Source: an uncultured Candidatus Saccharibacteria bacterium (lineage in GTDB: Bacteria > Patescibacteriota > Dojkabacteria > JAOAGR01). From it: a DNA stretch of 64,000 nt. The DNA lies in NCBI GenBank assembly GCA_964503755.1, contig CAZDBO010000002.1, positions 261-64,260 of the forward strand. The letters are read 5' to 3'. Below are positions 61,807 to 64,000 of this stretch, piece by piece (the first letter of the stretch is position 1; every line of letters begins with the position of its first letter). The notes beneath the pieces are model-generated. The model made no database searches. It was not told the DNA's origin and worked only from the letters and a program-made list of their open reading frames with translations. Position numbers and translations under genes: made by a program.

Positions 61807-62344
61807 AATAGTAAAAATTTATTTTCTCGAAAATACTCAATACAGATAATCATACACAATTCAGTAAACTAGACAAATCTATAATATTGAAAATTTTAAA
61901 TAATCGTGTCACTCGATTTTGAAAATAAGGAATGATTTAATAATTTGTTTAATAAATAATAATAAAATCTCTAAAATTTAACAAATATTGGTTTCATCTT
62001 TATTTCAATTATTATTTTTTATTATCTTATTCTGCTTAACATATTTCTTTCTTCCAACTAACTATGTTGTTGTTTTGTTTTATATTGCACAGATATATAT
62101 CATTTAACTCAACAATATATATAATAATATATTTAACTTTAACTTTAATTTATAATAAAATGTATTCGTTCAATGTATCTAAATCATTTAGACATAAGTT
62201 TAATTTAAAAATTTTATGTCCTTTAGAATTGATAATATTACTATCGAAACTCCATATACACCAAATATCAGTAAAATTACTATTGACCGATTAAGTTTGA
62301 ATGCATTATTATATTATTGTTGAAAGCACCAATTAAAAATTTTA

Positions 62345-63630
62345 TTAGGTGATCAATCATCAAATACTGCAGGGCTATTACGTAAGAGAGTACTTGAAGC
62401 TATCGGAACATTGCTACATTTATTAACAACTGCTGACTACCGTGACCTTTCGCTTTTAGATATAACAACAAAAATTGGTGCTAAAATGGACTTAAATGGA
62501 AATTATATTATATATGATGCTGAAAATCCAATGTTATGGATGGATGAAGAAATAGGAATATAAAATTCGAAAGATATGATACTTTATATGCATCATGATG
62601 CTGATAGACCTCATATTATTCAAAATTATGATGGCCATCCTGTTTTGTGGGAACAAAATGGTATATTAAGCAAGATCGATGAATGGCATCTTGGAAAAGG
62701 TCCTTTAGATTATTTTTCTACTGCTGGTAGATATCCTTTTTCAACATATGGTTTTATTGAAATTAATAATACAGAATAAATTTCGTATATTAGTGCATTT
62801 GGTGAATTCATAAATGCACCTCCAGGAATAATAGCTCTGGTCGGTCCGAAGGATCAGAATGAGAATGAACAACCCACATTTATTACACTAAGAAACGATC
62901 AAACCAATTACAAAGCAGCCACCGAATTAACACAACAAATAGTATTAGCAGAAATAAACTCGGCCTCAACTGTAGCTGATCTAATAGGTAACACAAATGA
63001 TATAGCAGCTCACGCTATAAGAAGAGCAATTACAGATTCGTTACAATATCGACATATCGGCGATTATTCTCAAGTTATAGACCTTTTAACAGGAGGAGTG
63101 CTACCATTCAGTACTGTTAGTTCACTATTCGCTGAAAGAATACCTGTAATCCTAGAAAAAATTCATACTCAAGGTAAACAGATTAATAATACATCAAAAT
63201 ATTTCTGACGTATAAATCTCACATCAGACAAACGTACTAAATTACATGATAAAGACAGTTTAAACGATCAGGAGAGATACATGATCGTACCAGCTGGTAA
63301 AACTTTAATATCAGATTTTCAGCACGTGGACAAGTTGTGGCATTTTCACGAATGCCGTATGCAGAAAATGTTGTAAAAATACTTAATAAATTACTTGGTA
63401 GAATACCTATGCCAGTAATTCAGATAACATTCAATATGGAATTTCCAGAAAACTTAAATCGCGCACTCAGAGAAAAGTGGAGAGAATTTGCAAGTTCAGT
63501 AGCAATACCAAGTAGTTTAGAATATGAATACGTTGAAAGAATAATAAGGGCATGGAATACAAAACCTACACCTATATTTGCTAGTATAACTCGATTTCCA
63601 ATAAATGTAATAATTCGTTTTGTGATTTAG
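62345..63630 (+). pseudogene. unknown ~430-codon gene with three in-frame stops and one frameshift
   Basis: A single frame is readable from 62345 through TAA at 62560, TAA at 62777 and TGA at 63206 to 63376. It then shifts to the frame of ORF 63337..63630. The region is less AT-rich than its surroundings. Confidence 0.35.
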
Positions 63631-63708
63631 CAGATTATGCAAAAACACTCTAAAAATGACATAAAATCATTTTCAATTATCACCAAATCATGATAAAATA
63701 CGTTTTAA

Positions 63709-64000
63709 TTTATTAATAAAGATTATGGGTCAAAACTAATAAAAATAGACATATTAGCAATTGGCGCTCATCCCGACGATGTAGAGTCGGGTTGCGGAGG
63801 TACCCTAGCCAAGCTTGCTAAACTTGGTAAAAAGATTGCTATAGTTGATCTAATCAAATCAGAACTAGCAACCAATGGTACAGTGGAAGAGAGATTAATT
63901 GAAGCTTAAAATGCACGAAAGATTTTGGGTGCGCCTTGTAGAGAAGTACTTGATATACAAAACAACTTCTTTTTCAATACAAAAGAAAATCAAGATTTAA
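63709..64000 (+). pseudogene. LmbE/PIG-L-family deacetylase (BshB-like), partial, disrupted
   Basis: KIDILAIGAHPDDVESGCGGTLAK...ELATNGTVEERLIEA*NARKILGAP. An in-frame TAA at 63907 sits where Lys or Gln is expected, the ATG at 63725 is out of frame (a 1-nt indel at the start), and the gene continues beyond the window. Confidence 0.5.

Overview
The window is a visibly AT-rich (about 30% GC by eye, not computed) bacterial chromosome segment. It uses the standard code: long intact housekeeping ORFs end in TAA, TAG or TGA and contain no internal stops. All protein and RNA identities below are recalled from memory of motifs; no database search could be run.

The housekeeping core looks intact. It comprises arginase, a Sua5/TsaC-type enzyme, a PMM/PGM-family mutase, an SPFH protein, gpmI, ftsW, argS, clpP, dus, ychF-rpmE-prfA, a GlmU-like enzyme with glmS, an NhaP-type antiporter, parB, secG, tig, an SBP_bac_5 binding protein, and three tRNAs (Pro-CGG, Ser-TGA, Ala-GGC). 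The archaeal-type sugar-nucleotide enzymes, a PrgI-like membrane protein, a DUF285 repeat protein and tight gene packing suggest a reduced, possibly CPR/Patescibacteria-like or otherwise host-dependent organism. The taxon cannot be fixed from sequence alone.

The main feature of the window is a layer of gene decay on top of this core:
- A complete but dead type II-C CRISPR-Cas locus (1974-6606). The cas9 remnant stays in one frame for about 2.3 kb despite about 10 in-frame TAG/TAA codons, then has two frameshifts and a His-to-Asp change at the HNH catalytic position. cas1 is frameshifted twice, cas2 looks intact, and no repeat array is present.
- At least 10 other pseudogenes: a DUF285 surface protein, a DUF1963 protein, an alpha/beta hydrolase, a lipoprotein, a CDP-alcohol phosphatidyltransferase, a DUF62 SAM hydrolase, an LmbE-like deacetylase and several unknowns. 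Most are inactivated by in-frame stops that correspond to C>T/G>A transitions rather than by indels.

Candidate undescribed modules:
- A PrgI-like membrane protein, an unknown protein, an ATP-grasp ligase and a CapA-like protein in one tight operon (36175-41936).
- Two paralogous N/Q-rich proteins flanking a P-loop NTPase (17952-19940).
- A glycosylation trio of a GT2 enzyme between two polytopic membrane proteins (10211-13662).
- A possible ADP-ribosyltransferase-fold protein directly downstream of cas2.
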